Positions 19,516 to 33,277 of a DNA stretch of 64,000 nucleotides are shown here, piece by piece (the first letter of the stretch is position 1; the number at the start of each line of letters is the position of its first letter). Under the pieces are notes generated by a model. That model saw only the letters and a list, made by a program, of their open reading frames with translations. It had not been told where the DNA came from and did not search any database. The DNA comes from an uncultured Actinomycetes bacterium (GTDB taxonomy: Bacteria > Actinomycetota > UBA4738 > HRBIN12). The DNA lies in contig CAVPIB010000001.1 in the NCBI GenBank assembly GCA_963704885.1, forward strand, positions 704,001-768,000, given 5' to 3'. Made by a program: the position numbers and the translations under genes.

Positions 19516-21920
19516 CCGATCGTCAGACGGTCACGCTCACGGTAGACGGCAAGGAGGTAACCGTCCCGGCGGGAACTCTCATCATCCGGGCGGCCGAGCA
19601 GCTCGGGATCGAGATCCCGCGCTTCTGCGACCACCCGCTGTTGGAGCCCGTCGGCGCGTGCCGCCAGTGCTACGTGGAGGTCGAGGGGCAGCGGAAGCTG
19701 TTCACCTCGTGCACCACCTCGGTGGCACCAGGGATGGCCGTGAAGACGCAGAACACCTCGAACCAGGTCCACGACGCTCAGGTCGCGAACCTGGAGTTCC
19801 TGCTGCTCAACCACCCGCTCGACTGCCCGATCTGCGACCGAGGTGGGGAGTGCCCCCTGCAGGACCAGGCGCTGGCGTTCGGGCCGGGGGAGAGCCGCTA
19901 CATCGAGGCCAAGAGGACCTTCCCCAAGCCGCTGGCTCTCTCTCCGCTCGTAGGTCTGGACCGCGAGCGTTGCGTCCTGTGTGCGCGATGCACCCGCTTC
20001 TGCGACCAGATCTCAGGCGACCGGTTCATCGAGCTGTTCGCGCGAGGCGCTAACGAGCAGGTGGCCATCGCGCTTGGCGAGGATTTCCGCTCGCCGTTCA
20101 GCGGCAACACCGTTCAGATCTGTCCGGTCGGCGCGCTGACCGCGACTCCGTACCGATTCGTCGCTCGCCCGTTCGACCTATCCACGGTGGACACCGTCTG
20201 TCCGCACTGCAGCGCCGGCTGCAACATCAAGCTGGACATGCGCCGCGGCGAGGTCGTGCGGCAACTGGCTCGGGACAACCTGGAGGTGAACGACGCCTGG
20301 CTATGTGACAAGGGTCGGTTCGCGTTCCGGTTCCCGGACTCCGCCGACCGGATCACCACCCCTCTGATCCGCGACCACGGGCTGGAGCCTGCTTCATTCG
20401 GCGAGGTACTGACGCGTGTGGCCGAGTGGTGTGCCGGTAAGCGGGTGGCGTTCCTCACGGGCGGCCGGCTCATGGACGAGGACTACTACGCCCTTTCGAA
20501 GCTGGCTCGGACGGTCTTCGGCACCAACGACCTGGATCACCGGCGCGACGAGGGAGCGGGGTTCGCGGAAGCTGCGATCGCTTCGCGCGCCACACGCGAT
20601 CAGGCGGTGACGTACGAGGACATCGAGCGGGCCGCCGTGATCGTGGTCGCGGGCCTGGACGCCGAACAGGAGGTCCCGATCCTGCACCTGCGGCTGCGCA
20701 AGGCTGCAGCGCGCGGCGCGAAGATCTACGTGCTGCACCCTCGGCGCACGCGGCTCTTCGATGTAGCGGAGCACATCCTGTGCCGGCCGGGCGAGGAGCA
20801 GAACGTGATCTTCCGAGAGCGCCCAGGGGTCATGGAAGCGCTCAAGGACGCTGGTTCTCTCGGCGTGGTCATCGCCGGACCGCGGTTGGCCGACGTCGGC
20901 GGATGGGTCCTGGCCGTCGCCGAGGTCGCGGGCGTCGCCGGGGCGCGATTCGCCTATGTGAGCCGTCGGGCGAACGACAGGGGCGCCCTGGTGGCCGGCG
21001 TGCACCCGGGGCTGCTCCCGGGTGGTCGGGAGTTCGGCGTGGCTGAGGAGCGGACCGAGGTCGAGCGCGTCTGGGGGCCGATCATCGTCGGTGACGAGGG
21101 GCGGAACTGGCGCGGGATCCTCCAGGCATGCACCGACCGTAAGATCGATGTGCTCTTCATGATCGGGGTCGACCCGCTCCGGGACTATCCGGATGGCCCG
21201 CTCGCGCTCCGTGCGCTGGAGAACGTCCGGTACAAGGTCGTCCAGTCGCTCGAGCTGGGATCCCTAGCGGCCTACGCTGATGCCTTCCTCCCGGCCGCCG
21301 CGTTCTTGGAGAAGAACGGTCACATCACCACGTGGGAAGGACGCAACCAGCGCATCCGTCCGATCCGAGGCGCCGCCGGCATCTCGCTCCCGGACTGGGA
21401 GATCTTCGCGAGCCTGGCGCTCGCATCGGGTGGCGATCTGGGGTTCGAGACGCTCGACGAACTCCACGACGAGATGGGCCGCCTGCTGGCGCCGCGTGAG
21501 CCGAGGGAGCGATACATCGCCGACACCGATCCAGGCCCGCTCGACCTGCCCGAGGGTGCACTGCAGCTCTTCAGCTACCCGCTCCTCGTGGACGAGGGGC
21601 GCCTGTCCGAGGGGGCCGACGAGTTGAAGGCCGCGTTGGGCGAAGAGCCGTTCGTCGAGATGCACGTGGATGACGCCGCGCAACGAGGCCTCGACGACGG
21701 CGCGATGGCCATCGTGCGCACCCCGGCCGGGGAGGTCGCGCTTCCGGTTCGCGTCACCGAACACATCGCGCGCGGGACAGTGTTCGTGCCGTTCAACCAG
21801 CCGGGGTTCGCCGCGAACTCGATCCTGGCGGGTTCGTTCACGATCACGGCCACCGTCGAAGCAGCCGAGTCCCTGACCGAACCTCAGCCGGTGGATGCCT
21901 CGGTGGGGGGTGATGGCTGA
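19512..21920 (+). CDS. nuoG: NADH-quinone oxidoreductase subunit G
   Basis: GTG 19512; IPRFCDH...GACRQC, HPLDCPICDRGGEC, CVLCARC, and N7-type CPHCSAGC...LCDKGRF. Confidence 0.95.
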   Translation: MTDRQTVTLTVDGKEVTVPAGTLIIRAAEQLGIEIPRFCDHPLLEPVGACRQCYVEVEGQRKLFTSCTTSVAPGMAVKTQNTSNQVHDAQVANLEFLLLNHPLDCPICDRGGECPLQDQALAFGPGESRYIEAKRTFPKPLALSPLVGLDRERCVLCARCTRFCDQISGDRFIELFARGANEQVAIALGEDFRSPFSGNTVQICPVGALTATPYRFVARPFDLSTVDTVCPHCSAGCNIKLDMRRGEVVRQLARDNLEVNDAWLCDKGRFAFRFPDSADRITTPLIRDHGLEPASFGEVLTRVAEWCAGKRVAFLTGGRLMDEDYYALSKLARTVFGTNDLDHRRDEGAGFAEAAIASRATRDQAVTYEDIERAAVIVVAGLDAEQEVPILHLRLRKAAARGAKIYVLHPRRTRLFDVAEHILCRPGEEQNVIFRERPGVMEALKDAGSLGVVIAGPRLADVGGWVLAVAEVAGVAGARFAYVSRRANDRGALVAGVHPGLLPGGREFGVAEERTEVERVWGPIIVGDEGRNWRGILQACTDRKIDVLFMIGVDPLRDYPDGPLALRALENVRYKVVQSLELGSLAAYADAFLPAAAFLEKNGHITTWEGRNQRIRPIRGAAGISLPDWEIFASLALASGGDLGFETLDELHDEMGRLLAPREPRERYIADTDPGPLDLPEGALQLFSYPLLVDEGRLSEGADELKAALGEEPFVEMHVDDAAQRGLDDGAMAIVRTPAGEVALPVRVTEHIARGTVFVPFNQPGFAANSILAGSFTITATVEAAESLTEPQPVDASVGGDG

Positions 21921-23038
21921 TGGACTGGCTCGACTGGCTGCTGCTGGTCGTCCGTGTCGTCATCGTGTTCTTCGCGCTGCTGATCTCGGTGATGATCTAC
22001 ATCTGGATGGAGCGGAAGGTGATCGCGGACTTCCAGACGCGCGTCGGGCCTATGCGCGCGGGGCCCAGAGGGATCCTCATCACGCTGGCCGACGGCATCA
22101 AGCTGTTCTTCAAGGAAGGCATCACGCCCACCAACGCCGACCGAGCCGTGTACATCGTGGCGCCCGTGATCGCAATGCTCCCTGCGTTCCTGGCGTTCGC
22201 GGTCATCCCGTTCGGTACGCACGTGACGCTGTTCGGCCGCGAGGTGCCCTTCCAGATCGCCGACCTGAACATCGGCATCTTGTGGGTGCTGGCCATGACG
22301 TCGATCGGCGTGTACGCGGTGGTGCTCGCCGGGTGGTCGAGCGGTTCGAACTACCCGCTGCTGGGCGCGATCCGGTCGTCGGCGCAGATGATCTCCTATG
22401 AGGTGGGCATGGGGCTCGCCCTGGTGGCGGTGCTGATGTACTCGGGGCATCTGAGCATGTCGGAGATAGTGGCGCAGCAGGACAAGGTCTGGAACGTCAT
22501 CCCTCAGTTCCCGGCCTTCGTGGCCTATCTGATCGCCGGTCTGGCCGAGACGAACCGCCCGCCTTTCGACTTGGCCGAGGCCGAAACGGAGCTCGTAGCC
22601 GGGTTCCACACCGAGTACTCCGGGATCAAGTTCGCCATGTTCTACCTGGGGGAGTACGTGTATACGGTTACGGTGGCCGCCATCGCGGTGACCCTGTTCC
22701 TGGGTGGCTGGCGCGGACCGCATCCCGACGTGCTGCCGTGGCTCTGGCCGTTCCTCTGGTTCTTGCTCAAGGTGACCGCGGTGATCTACGTCTACATCCT
22801 GGTTCGGGCGACCTTGCCCCGGATGAGGTACGACCGTCTCATGGACTTCGGGTGGAAACGGCTCATCCCGTTCGGTCTGGTGTGGGTGCTCGTGACCGGA
22901 GCCGTGGTCGTGGCTCCCGATGAGTTCAGCCGTAAGACCGTCCTTACCGCCCTCGCGGTGATCTTCGGCGTCGTGACCCTCGCCATGCTCGTGGCGCCGC
23001 TGTTCACGTCGAAACCCGATCGGGAGGTGGCGTCGTGA
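21920..23038 (+). CDS. nuoH: NADH-quinone oxidoreductase subunit H
   Basis: ERKVIA...[36 protein letters not shown]. Confidence 0.95.
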   Translation: MDWLDWLLLVVRVVIVFFALLISVMIYIWMERKVIADFQTRVGPMRAGPRGILITLADGIKLFFKEGITPTNADRAVYIVAPVIAMLPAFLAFAVIPFGTHVTLFGREVPFQIADLNIGILWVLAMTSIGVYAVVLAGWSSGSNYPLLGAIRSSAQMISYEVGMGLALVAVLMYSGHLSMSEIVAQQDKVWNVIPQFPAFVAYLIAGLAETNRPPFDLAEAETELVAGFHTEYSGIKFAMFYLGEYVYTVTVAAIAVTLFLGGWRGPHPDVLPWLWPFLWFLLKVTAVIYVYILVRATLPRMRYDRLMDFGWKRLIPFGLVWVLVTGAVVVAPDEFSRKTVLTALAVIFGVVTLAMLVAPLFTSKPDREVAS

Positions 23039-23538
23039 CGGAACCCGAGGGCCCCCCAAGGCAGAGCATCATCGACGGGGCCGTAGCGATCGCGAAGGGC
23101 ATGGGAACGGTCTGGAAGCAGACGTTCCGCCGAGACAATACGGAGCGGTACCCGGAGGAGATCGTGCCCACGCCGGAGCGCTCGCACATCGGGCGTCACC
23201 TGCTGAACAAGCATGAGAACGGCCTGGAGAAGTGCATCGGTTGCGAACTCTGCGCGTTCGCCTGTCCGGCCGACGCGATCTGGGTGGAGGGTGCGGACAA
23301 CGACCCCGAGGACCCGACCTCTCCCGGCGAGCGGTACGCGAAGGACTACCAGATCAACTACCTGCGCTGCATCATGTGCGGCCTCTGCGTCGAGGCTTGT
23401 CCCACGCGGGCGCTGACGCTCACGAGCTACTACGAGATGGCGTTCACCTCGCGCGAGGACGCGATCTGGACGAAGGAGCAGCTGCTCGAAGCGCCCCCGG
23501 AACTCGGCACCGATCCGGTGGACCGGGAGGGTCGGTAG
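23035..23538 (+). CDS. nuoI: NADH-quinone oxidoreductase subunit I
   Basis: [12 protein letters not shown] and [12 protein letters not shown]. Confidence 0.95.
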   Translation: MTEPEGPPRQSIIDGAVAIAKGMGTVWKQTFRRDNTERYPEEIVPTPERSHIGRHLLNKHENGLEKCIGCELCAFACPADAIWVEGADNDPEDPTSPGERYAKDYQINYLRCIMCGLCVEACPTRALTLTSYYEMAFTSREDAIWTKEQLLEAPPELGTDPVDREGR

Positions 23539-24128
23539 TGCAGGCCGACCTCATCTTGTTCTGGGTGTTCGCGCCGCTCTCGGTCGGGAGCGGCATCGCC
23601 ATGCTGCTCATGCGCAACGCCGTCCACGCGGCCCTCTTCCTGATCGTGAACTTCTTCTGCCTGGCGATCTTCTATCTGATCCTCGGGGCCTCCTTCCTGT
23701 TCGCGGTTCAGATCATCGTGTACGCGGGCGCGATCATGGTGCTGTTCCTCTTCGTGATCATGCTTCTCGGAGTAGATCGAACCGAAGACCTGCGTGAGCG
23801 ACGGCTGGTCGCCCAGCGTCCGATCGCCATCGTGCTGGGCGCAGGCCTCGTGCTCGAGGTCGTCTTCGCGGTGCGCGCGGGGATCGGTTTCTCCCGTCTG
23901 GCACCGGCCGGTTTCGACGCCATCAACGAAGGCGGGAACACCCAGGCATTGGCTGAGGTGTTGTTCCGCGACTACTTCCTCCCGTTCGAGGTGACCTCGG
24001 TTCTGCTGATCATCGCCGCGATCGCGGCGATGGTGCTGGCTCAGCGGAAGGCGCGGACGATCACCCAGGCCGAGATGGACGCGCGGGCCGACGTCGCGGA
24101 GACCCTGACACCGGAGCGGACGCGATGA
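23538..24128 (+). CDS. nuoJ: NADH-quinone oxidoreductase subunit J
   Basis: GTG 23538; [26 protein letters not shown]. Confidence 0.93.
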   Translation: MQADLILFWVFAPLSVGSGIAMLLMRNAVHAALFLIVNFFCLAIFYLILGASFLFAVQIIVYAGAIMVLFLFVIMLLGVDRTEDLRERRLVAQRPIAIVLGAGLVLEVVFAVRAGIGFSRLAPAGFDAINEGGNTQALAEVLFRDYFLPFEVTSVLLIIAAIAAMVLAQRKARTITQAEMDARADVAETLTPERTR

Positions 24129-24426
24129 GCGCGCCGATCGCCTACTTCCTGGTGTTGTCGGGCATCCTGTTCGCGATCGGTAGCGTCGGGGTATTGGTGC
24201 GCCGCAACGCGCTCTTGATCTTCATGTCGGTCGAGCTGCAGCTGAACGCGGTCAACCTGGCGCTGGTGACCTTCTCGCGGATGCACGGCAACCTGAACGG
24301 CCAAGTGATGGCCTTCTTCTCTATGGTCGTCGCGGCCGCTGAGGTCGTCGTCGGGCTGGCGATCATCGTGTCGGTGTATCGGAGGACCCGCTCCGTCGAC
24401 GTGGACAGGGCGGAGGCGCTCCGCGG

Positions 24427-24430
<4 letters not shown>
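24125..24430 (+). CDS. nuoK: NADH-quinone oxidoreductase subunit K
   Basis: [29 protein letters not shown]. Confidence 0.94.
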
Positions 24431-26306
<1,876 letters not shown>

Positions 26307-26310
<4 letters not shown>

Positions 26311-27851
26311 CCGATCACCTGCTCACGATCGTCACGTTCCTCCCTCTGATCGGGGTGGCAGTGCTCCTCGCGTGGCGAGCCGCCCCGGACAACAACGTCC
26401 GCGCGGTCGCCATGCTCACGGCCATCGCCACGTTCATCGTCTCCCTGGCGGTCCTCGGGCGCTTCGATCTTGCAGACGCAGGGTTCCAGATGGTGGAGCA
26501 GGCCATGTGGGTGAAGACCGTTGGTCTGCAGTACCTCGTTGGCGTCGACGGCGTGAGCCTGTGGATGATCCTTCTTACGACTTTCCTGATGCCCCTCGCC
26601 GTCCTCGCTTCGTGGAGGATCGAAGACAACGTCCGGCTGTACATGGTTTCGATGCTGGTGCTGGAGACCGCCGTGCTCGGGTCGTTCGTTGCCCTGGATC
26701 TCCTTCTCTTCTTCGTCTTCTTCGAGGCGATCCTGGTCCCGATGTACCTGATCATCGGCGGGTGGGGTGGAGAGCGTCGCGTGTACGCCGCCATCAAGTT
26801 CTTCCTCTACACGATGGCGGGGTCGGCCTTCCTGCTCATCGCGATCCTGTTCCTGTACGCCAAGGCTTCGGGGCCGATCGGGCACGGGACCTTCGACGTC
26901 CGGGAGCTCACCGCGGTGGCGAGCACGCTGCCGGCCGCGACCGCTCGCTGGCTCTTCCTCGCGTTCTTCGTGGCGTTCGCGGTCAAGGTGCCCCTGTTCC
27001 CGCTGCACACCTGGCTGGCCGACGCCCACACGGAGGCGCCGACCGCGGGATCCGTACTGCTGGCGGGTGTGCTGCTGAAGGTTGGCGCCTACGGCATGAT
27101 CCGCTTCAACCTGCTGCTGTTCCCCGAGGCGTCGAAGTACTTCGCCACGTTCGTTTCGATCCTTGCGGTCGTCGGCATCGTCTACGGCGCGGTACTCGCG
27201 CTGATCCAGACCGACATCAAGCGGCTGGTGGCCTACTCGTCGGTCTCTCACTTGGGGTTCGTCGTGCTGGGCATCTTCGCGTTCACCCAACAGGGTGTGA
27301 CCGGCGGCATCCTGCAGATGGTGAACCACGGCTTGTCTACCGGAGCGCTGTTCCTGCTGATCGGGATGGTCTACGAGCGAACCCATACGCGTGATCTGTC
27401 GAAGATGGGAGGACTCGCCACCGTCATGCCCTGGCTCACCGGGGCGTTCCTGTTCGCCGTCATCGCGTCCGTCGGGCTGCCGGGACTCAACAACTTCGTC
27501 GGAGAGTTCCTGGTGATCCTGGGATCCTTCGCGGTGAACCGCTGGTTCGGCTCGCTCGCCGCGATCGCTGTGGTGCTGGCGGCGATCTACCTGCTCTGGT
27601 CCTACCAGCGGATGGCCTACGGGCCCGTTCATGAGGAGCACACGATCCTGCCCGACGTCAGCCTGCGAGAGGTCCTGGTGCTGGCGCCGATCCTGTCGTT
27701 GCTGCTGGTGTTCGGAGTGTTTCCGAAGCTCCTCACCGATCGCATCGATCCGACCACATCCGCCGTCGTAGCGCATGTGGCTCCGGCGCATGAGACCGAC
27801 GTCGGCGTCTCGAGCTCGCCGGGCATCCTGGCGCAGAGGTCGACCCCATGA
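26307..27851 (+). CDS. nuoM: NADH-quinone oxidoreductase subunit M
   Basis: KFFLYT, AVKVPLFPLHTWLADAHTEAPT, AYSSVSHLG. Confidence 0.95.
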
Positions 27852-29299
27852 TCGACACGCCCAAGCTCGAGTTCGCCCCGATCCTCCCGGAGCTCTTCCT
27901 GTGCGGGGTCGCGATCGTCGGGCTGCTCTACGAGGCACTCGCGCCCAGGGCCGAACGGTTATGGCACCTGGCCTTGGCGCTCGCAGGTGTGGTCGCGGCC
28001 GCACTGGCTACGTTCCCGCTATGGCACTGGCCGGGCGACCCTACGGTCATGGCGGGCATGGTCGCGGTCGATCGCTTCTCCGTGGTGTCCCGACTCGTGC
28101 TGCTGGGGATCGCTGCCATGGGACTGCTCTTGGGCACTCACTACTTCGCGCGTTCGGGCGACGAGCCCCGCGGCGAGTTCTACCCACTCGTCCTGTTCGC
28201 GACCGCGGGGATGACCCTGATCACAGCCTCGGCCGACCTGATCTTGGTGTTCCTCTCGCTCGAGATCCTCTCGCTCTCGCTCTACGTGTTGACGGGCATC
28301 ACCGGAAGGCCGGCCGCCAACGAAGCGGCCATGAAGTACTTCCTGCTTGGAGCGTTCTCTTCCGCGTTCTTCCTCTTCGGGGTCGCGTGGGCGTACGGAG
28401 CCACCGCCACTACATCCATCGCCGCGATTGCGAATGCCCTGGCCGGCCAGACGGGTAGCCAGGCCCTGGCGCTCATGGCGTTCGCGTTCCTGGCTATCGG
28501 GTTCGGGTTCAAGGTCGCGGCGGTGCCGTTCCACATGTGGACCCCCGACGTGTATCAGGGGGCCCCGACCCCAGTTACGGCGTTCATGTCCGCCGCAACC
28601 AAGGTTGCCGCGTTCCTGGCGTTGATCCGCGTCCTCGACGTGGCGTTCCAGCCCCTCACGTGGGACTGGACGCCCGTCGTGTGGGTCCTGGCTGCGGCCA
28701 GCGTGATCGTGGGGAGCGTGCTCGCGATCGCCCAGAGCGATATCAAGCGGATGCTCGCCTACTCGGCCATCGCGCACACGGGTTTCATCCTCACCGGGCT
28801 CACAGCCGCGGACCAGACAGGGATCCGAAGCGCCATGTTCTACCTCGTCGCCTACTCGTTGATGACTCTGGGTGCGTTCGGCGTGGTGATGCTCGTCTCG
28901 GCCAGGGGAGAGGAGCAGACGGCACTCACGTCGTACGCGGGGCTCGCCAAGCGGAGCCCTCTGTTGGCCGGGCTCATGGCCCTGTTCTTGCTCTCGCTCG
29001 CGGGGATCCCGCCCACCGCGGGGTTCGTGGCTAAGGTTGGGGTGTTCGGGGCGGCGATCGGGGCCGGGTACTGGCCGCTCGCGGCGATCGGGGTCATCTC
29101 GAGCGTGGCGGCGGCCTTCTTCTACCTGAGGGTGATCGTCCTTATGTACATGCAGGAACCCCAGGGCGTGCACGACGAGGATCGCTCGGTCCTTCCCCGG
29201 GTCGCGCTCACGATCCCGGCTATCCTCACGCTGGTCCTAGGCGTCTTCCCCGGCCTGATCCTGGGGATCCTCGAGAGGGCCTCGATCCTCAGGTGGTGA
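27848..29299 (+). CDS. nuoN: NADH-quinone oxidoreductase subunit N
   Basis: EAAMKYFLLG, FKVAAVPFHMWTPDVYQGAPTP, SLAGIPPTAGF. Confidence 0.95.
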   Translation: MIDTPKLEFAPILPELFLCGVAIVGLLYEALAPRAERLWHLALALAGVVAAALATFPLWHWPGDPTVMAGMVAVDRFSVVSRLVLLGIAAMGLLLGTHYFARSGDEPRGEFYPLVLFATAGMTLITASADLILVFLSLEILSLSLYVLTGITGRPAANEAAMKYFLLGAFSSAFFLFGVAWAYGATATTSIAAIANALAGQTGSQALALMAFAFLAIGFGFKVAAVPFHMWTPDVYQGAPTPVTAFMSAATKVAAFLALIRVLDVAFQPLTWDWTPVVWVLAAASVIVGSVLAIAQSDIKRMLAYSAIAHTGFILTGLTAADQTGIRSAMFYLVAYSLMTLGAFGVVMLVSARGEEQTALTSYAGLAKRSPLLAGLMALFLLSLAGIPPTAGFVAKVGVFGAAIGAGYWPLAAIGVISSVAAAFFYLRVIVLMYMQEPQGVHDEDRSVLPRVALTIPAILTLVLGVFPGLILGILERASILRW

Positions 29300-29303
29300 T
29301 GAG

Positions 29304-30317
29304 ATGAGCCGACGCGTGATCCCTGGATTGGAGGCTCCGGACGCGGCCCTCGAGGCCGACATCCGAGCGCGGCTGGACCAGGTCGAGCAGGCGCTCGAGA
29401 AATCGGTGAAGGTCGAAGCCTCAGGACTGCTCTCCGAGACGTCTTCCTATCTGATCGCGGCCGGCGGCAAGCGCTTCCGCGCGATGCTGGTTCTGCTTTC
29501 CGGTTACTTCGGCGATCCCACCGACCCGCGGTTGATCCCCGGGTCGGTCGCGATCGAGCTGGTGCATCTTGCAACGCTCTACCACGACGACGTGATCGAC
29601 GAGGCAGATGCCCGGCGGGGCGCTCCTTCGGCGAACACGCGGTGGGACAACACCGTGGCCATCCTCACGGGCGACTTCCTGTTCGCCCGCGCCTCGGAGA
29701 TCTCAACAGAGCTCGGGACCGATGTATGTGGGTTGCTCGCTCGGACGATCGCGATCCTTTGTGACGGACAGATCCGCGAGGTTGACAGCTCGGCCAAGGT
29801 GGAGCAGTCAGAGGACAACTACCTGGAGATCATCCGCCGCAAGACGGCCTCCTTGATCGCGACATCTTGCCGGCTGGGGGGCATGCTTTCGGACGCCGTG
29901 CCCGAGCACACGGACACCATCGAGGAGTTCGGTGACGCACTGGGCATGGCCTTCCAGCTCTCCGACGACATCATGGACATCACCGCGTCTCAGCTGGAGC
30001 TGGGTAAGGAGCCCGGGTCGGACCTTCGACTCGGCGTGTATACGGCGCCCGTCCTGCACGCGTTGGCCCATGACGAACACCGAGAGGAGCTCGCTCGGAT
30101 CCTGGGTCACGGTGCACCGGACGGGGAGATGCTCGATCGAGCGTTGCAGATCGTGAGGGGCGGACGCTCGATCGACCATGCCCGGCAGGCCGTGACGACC
30201 GAGGTCGACCGGGCGATCGCGTTGGCTCGTCGGCTCCCCGAGGGGCCCGCTCAGCACGCGTTGGAGCAGCTCGCGCGCTTCCTGGCGGTCCGCTGTGGAG
30301 CGGAGCATTCGCCGTGA
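29304..30317 (+). CDS. Long-chain polyprenyl diphosphate synthase (HepT/GrcC-like, menaquinone side chain)
   Basis: GGKRFR, LATLYHDDVID, AILTGDFL, RKTA, FQLSDDIMD. Confidence 0.9.
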   Translation: MSRRVIPGLEAPDAALEADIRARLDQVEQALEKSVKVEASGLLSETSSYLIAAGGKRFRAMLVLLSGYFGDPTDPRLIPGSVAIELVHLATLYHDDVIDEADARRGAPSANTRWDNTVAILTGDFLFARASEISTELGTDVCGLLARTIAILCDGQIREVDSSAKVEQSEDNYLEIIRRKTASLIATSCRLGGMLSDAVPEHTDTIEEFGDALGMAFQLSDDIMDITASQLELGKEPGSDLRLGVYTAPVLHALAHDEHREELARILGHGAPDGEMLDRALQIVRGGRSIDHARQAVTTEVDRAIALARRLPEGPAQHALEQLARFLAVRCGAEHSP

Positions 30318-30339
30318 TTGATCCTGCTAGGATCCGCGC

Positions 30340-30357
30340 TCGGGAAACCGTTCACAA
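30340..30357. promoter_or_regulatory. Degenerate Rex-like operator
   Basis: TCGGGAA-ACCG-TTCACAA (right half perfect, left half 5/7), between TAGGAT (30328-30333) and the GTG at 30360. Confidence 0.55.
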
Positions 30358-30359
30358 AC

Positions 30360-30725
30360 GTGTCTAACTACTATCAGTCGTACGCGGTAGTGCTCGCGGT
30401 CGCCGTGGCCGGCGTCGCGTTGGTCGCCGTCGCGTTCGGGGCCGCGCGATTGATAGCCCCCAGTAGGCCACTCGCCGCCAAGCTCACGACCTACGAATGC
30501 GGCATCGACCCGGTCGGCGAGGGCTGGTCGCAGAGCGAGGTCCGCTACTACATCTACGGCTTCCTCTTCGTGATATTCGATGTGGAGAGCGTGTTCCTCT
30601 TCCCTTGGGCCCGGGTCTTCGAGAGCCTGGGGTACACGGCGGTCGTCGAGATGGGCATCTTCATCGGCATCCTGGCCGTCGGGCTCCTGTACGCCTGGCG
30701 CAAAGGGGTCCTGAAGTGGGCCTGA
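30360..30725 (+). CDS. nuoA2: Complex I-like subunit A, second copy
   Basis: [26 protein letters not shown]. Confidence 0.92.
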   Translation: MSNYYQSYAVVLAVAVAGVALVAVAFGAARLIAPSRPLAAKLTTYECGIDPVGEGWSQSEVRYYIYGFLFVIFDVESVFLFPWARVFESLGYTAVVEMGIFIGILAVGLLYAWRKGVLKWA

Positions 30726-31228
30726 TCACCGAGCGAACCCCCATCCCGAGGATCAAGCCGGTCAAGTTCATCCTGAACTGGGGCCGCCGCTACTCCCTAT
30801 GGGTCATGAACTTCGGCCTGGCCTGTTGCGCCATCGAGTTGATCGCTACGTCGACCTCCAAGCACGACTTCATCCGATTGGGAGTCATCCCGTTCGCGCA
30901 CGGACCTCGGCAGGCGGACCTGTTGGTGGTGGCCGGCACCCTCACCGACAAGATGGCGCCGGCTCTCCAGCGTGTGTACGACCAGATCCCCGACCCCAAG
31001 TACGTGATCTCCTTCGGGTCGTGCTCCAACTGTGGCGGACCGTACTGGGACTCCTACTCTGTGACCAAGGGGGTCGACCAGATCATCCCCGTCGACGTCT
31101 ACGTGCCGGGCTGCCCACCGCGACCCGAGGCGCTCCTGCACGGCATCATCCGCCTGCAGGAGAAGATCAAGGACGAGGACATCCAGGAGAAGTTCAGTGG
31201 CAGGGACTCCGCGCCCGCTCTCTCCTGA
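30716..31228 (+). CDS. nuoB2: Complex I-like subunit B, second copy
   Basis: GTG 30716; [40 protein letters not shown]. Confidence 0.93.
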   Translation: MGLITERTPIPRIKPVKFILNWGRRYSLWVMNFGLACCAIELIATSTSKHDFIRLGVIPFAHGPRQADLLVVAGTLTDKMAPALQRVYDQIPDPKYVISFGSCSNCGGPYWDSYSVTKGVDQIIPVDVYVPGCPPRPEALLHGIIRLQEKIKDEDIQEKFSGRDSAPALS

Positions 31229-31724
31229 CGACGTTGCGTCCCGTCTCCGCGCTCGGTTCGGAGAGGACATCCTCGACGCCGTCGAGCAGCACGGTCACGC
31301 GGTGGCGAAGGTCTCGATCGACAGCTACCGCGACGTCTGCCGGTTCCTACGCGACGAACCGGAGTTCGCGTGCGACTACTGCGACTTCACCGGTGGCGTC
31401 GACTTCGGCCCGGACAACGGCTTCGAAGTCGTTACGCATCTGTTCTCGACGACGCATCACCACAACATCCGTCTCAAGGTTGCTTTGCCGTACCAAGACC
31501 CGGTCTGTCCCACGATCTCCGACCTCTTCCCTACGTCGAACTGGCACGAACGCGAGACGCTCGAGATGTTCGGGATCCGGTTCGAAGGACACCCTCAGCC
31601 GGTCAAGCTCCTGTTGTCGGAGCCATTCGAGGGTCACCCGCTCCGCAAGGACTTCCCGCTGATGAGCCGCGAGGCCAAGCCCTGGCCCGGCGCCGTCGAG
31701 GGAGAGGAAGAGGAAGAGGAGTGA
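31197..31724 (+). CDS. nuoC2: Complex I-like subunit C, second copy
   Basis: [19 protein letters not shown]...[10 protein letters not shown]...KPWPG. Confidence 0.9.
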   Translation: MAGTPRPLSPDDVASRLRARFGEDILDAVEQHGHAVAKVSIDSYRDVCRFLRDEPEFACDYCDFTGGVDFGPDNGFEVVTHLFSTTHHHNIRLKVALPYQDPVCPTISDLFPTSNWHERETLEMFGIRFEGHPQPVKLLLSEPFEGHPLRKDFPLMSREAKPWPGAVEGEEEEEE

Positions 31725-32746
31725 GCGGCCTCTCCCTCGGTCTTGCCCAGGCGGGCACATCGATCTTCGACCAGTGGTTCTCCAACTTCTGGGTCGCCCT
31801 GATCGTGAAAGCGGTGGCGGTCCTGATGTTCTTCCTGGTGGTCCCCTTGGTGGTGGGCTACATCGAGCACAAGGTGCTGGCACACATGCAGTCGCGCCTG
31901 GGCCCAATGGAGGCTGGCATGTTCCACGGGTGGGCGCAGCTGGTCGCCGACGGTGTGAAGTTCGTGCAGAAGGAGAGCGTTATCCCCGCGGCGGCCGACG
32001 CGAACGTGTTCTCGCTGGCTCCAGCGGTGGCCATGATCCCCTACATCGTGATCCTGGTGGTCCTGCCGTTCAGTCCAACCATCTTCGCCGAGGACCTCGA
32101 CGTCGGCATCTTCTTCGTGCTGGCGTTGTCGTCGGTCTCGGTGATCGGCGTGTTGATGGCGGGATGGTCATCGGCGAACAAGTTCTCGCTGATCGGGGCC
32201 CTCCGCGCTGCCGCGCAACTGATCGCTTATGAGCTACCGCTCGTGCTAGCCACTGCCGCCGTAGTCATGCAGGCGGGGACCCTGTCGCTGTTGGGGATCG
32301 CCGCGACGCAGGACCACTACTGGTACATCCTGACTCAGCCTGTTGGGTTCTTGATCTTCATGGTGGCCTCGCTCGCAGAGCTCACACGTCCGCCTTTCGA
32401 CATGCCGGTGGCCGACTCGGAGATCATCTTCGGGGCCTATACCGAGTACACCGGTCTGAAGTTCGCGTTCTTCCTGCTCGCGGAGTACGGCGGGATCGTG
32501 GCCTTGACAGGCATCGCTGCCGTGATGTTCCTCGGGGGGTATCAGCCGTTGCCCGGCATCCCGATCCCGGGACCGCTGATGATGTTCGGCAAGATCATTG
32601 CTCTATCCTTCATCGTCATCTGGCTGCGGGCGACGTACCCGCGCCTCCGCGAGGACCAGCTCCAACGTTTCTCGTGGCTGGTGCTCATCCCGCTGGCGCT
32701 GCTGCAGATCATGGTCGTCGCCGTCGTTAAGGTCGCGGTGGAGTAG
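31721..32746 (+). CDS. nuoH2: Complex I-like subunit H, second copy
   Basis: GTG 31721 overlaps the nuoC2 stop; EHKVLAHMQSRLGP, ADGVKFVQKE, RPPFDMPVADSE, YPRLREDQL. Confidence 0.93.
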   Translation: MSGLSLGLAQAGTSIFDQWFSNFWVALIVKAVAVLMFFLVVPLVVGYIEHKVLAHMQSRLGPMEAGMFHGWAQLVADGVKFVQKESVIPAAADANVFSLAPAVAMIPYIVILVVLPFSPTIFAEDLDVGIFFVLALSSVSVIGVLMAGWSSANKFSLIGALRAAAQLIAYELPLVLATAAVVMQAGTLSLLGIAATQDHYWYILTQPVGFLIFMVASLAELTRPPFDMPVADSEIIFGAYTEYTGLKFAFFLLAEYGGIVALTGIAAVMFLGGYQPLPGIPIPGPLMMFGKIIALSFIVIWLRATYPRLREDQLQRFSWLVLIPLALLQIMVVAVVKVAVE

Positions 32747-32758
32747 GGAGGGCTGGGA

Positions 32759-33277
32759 GTGGCATCGGACGCGTCGGAGGTGCAAGAGCAGCCGGAGGCC
32801 GGCATGGGTCTCGGCCTGCTCAAGGGTTTAGGCGTGACGCTCAAGACCATGCTGCACCCGGCCGTGACCCAGCAGTACCCCCGGGTGAAGCCCGACCTCC
32901 CGCCTCGCACTCGGGGCGTCATCGCCCTGAAAGAAGGGAACTGCACCGTTTGCTACAAGTGCGCCCGCGAGTGCCCTGATTGGTGCATCTACATCGACGC
33001 GCACAAGGAGACGCACGAACCCGCGGGGGGCGGTCGAGCTCGGTCGGCGAAGGTGCTCGATAGGTTCGCGATCGACTACGCCCTGTGCATGTACTGCGGG
33101 ATCTGCGTGGAGGTCTGCCCCTTCGACGCTTTGTTCTGGAGCCCCGAGTTCGAGTACGCCGAGTACGAGCTCGACCTGCTCACCCACGAGAAGGAGCGGC
33201 TGGAGGATTGGACGTACAAGGTCCTGCCCCCGCCGGCCCTCGAGGAGGGCGCCGTGCCCGCGGAAGAGGCGTCCTGA
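32759..33277 (+). CDS. nuoI2: Complex I-like subunit I, second copy
   Basis: [12 protein letters not shown] and [12 protein letters not shown]. Confidence 0.93.
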   Translation: MASDASEVQEQPEAGMGLGLLKGLGVTLKTMLHPAVTQQYPRVKPDLPPRTRGVIALKEGNCTVCYKCARECPDWCIYIDAHKETHEPAGGGRARSAKVLDRFAIDYALCMYCGICVEVCPFDALFWSPEFEYAEYELDLLTHEKERLEDWTYKVLPPPALEEGAVPAEEAS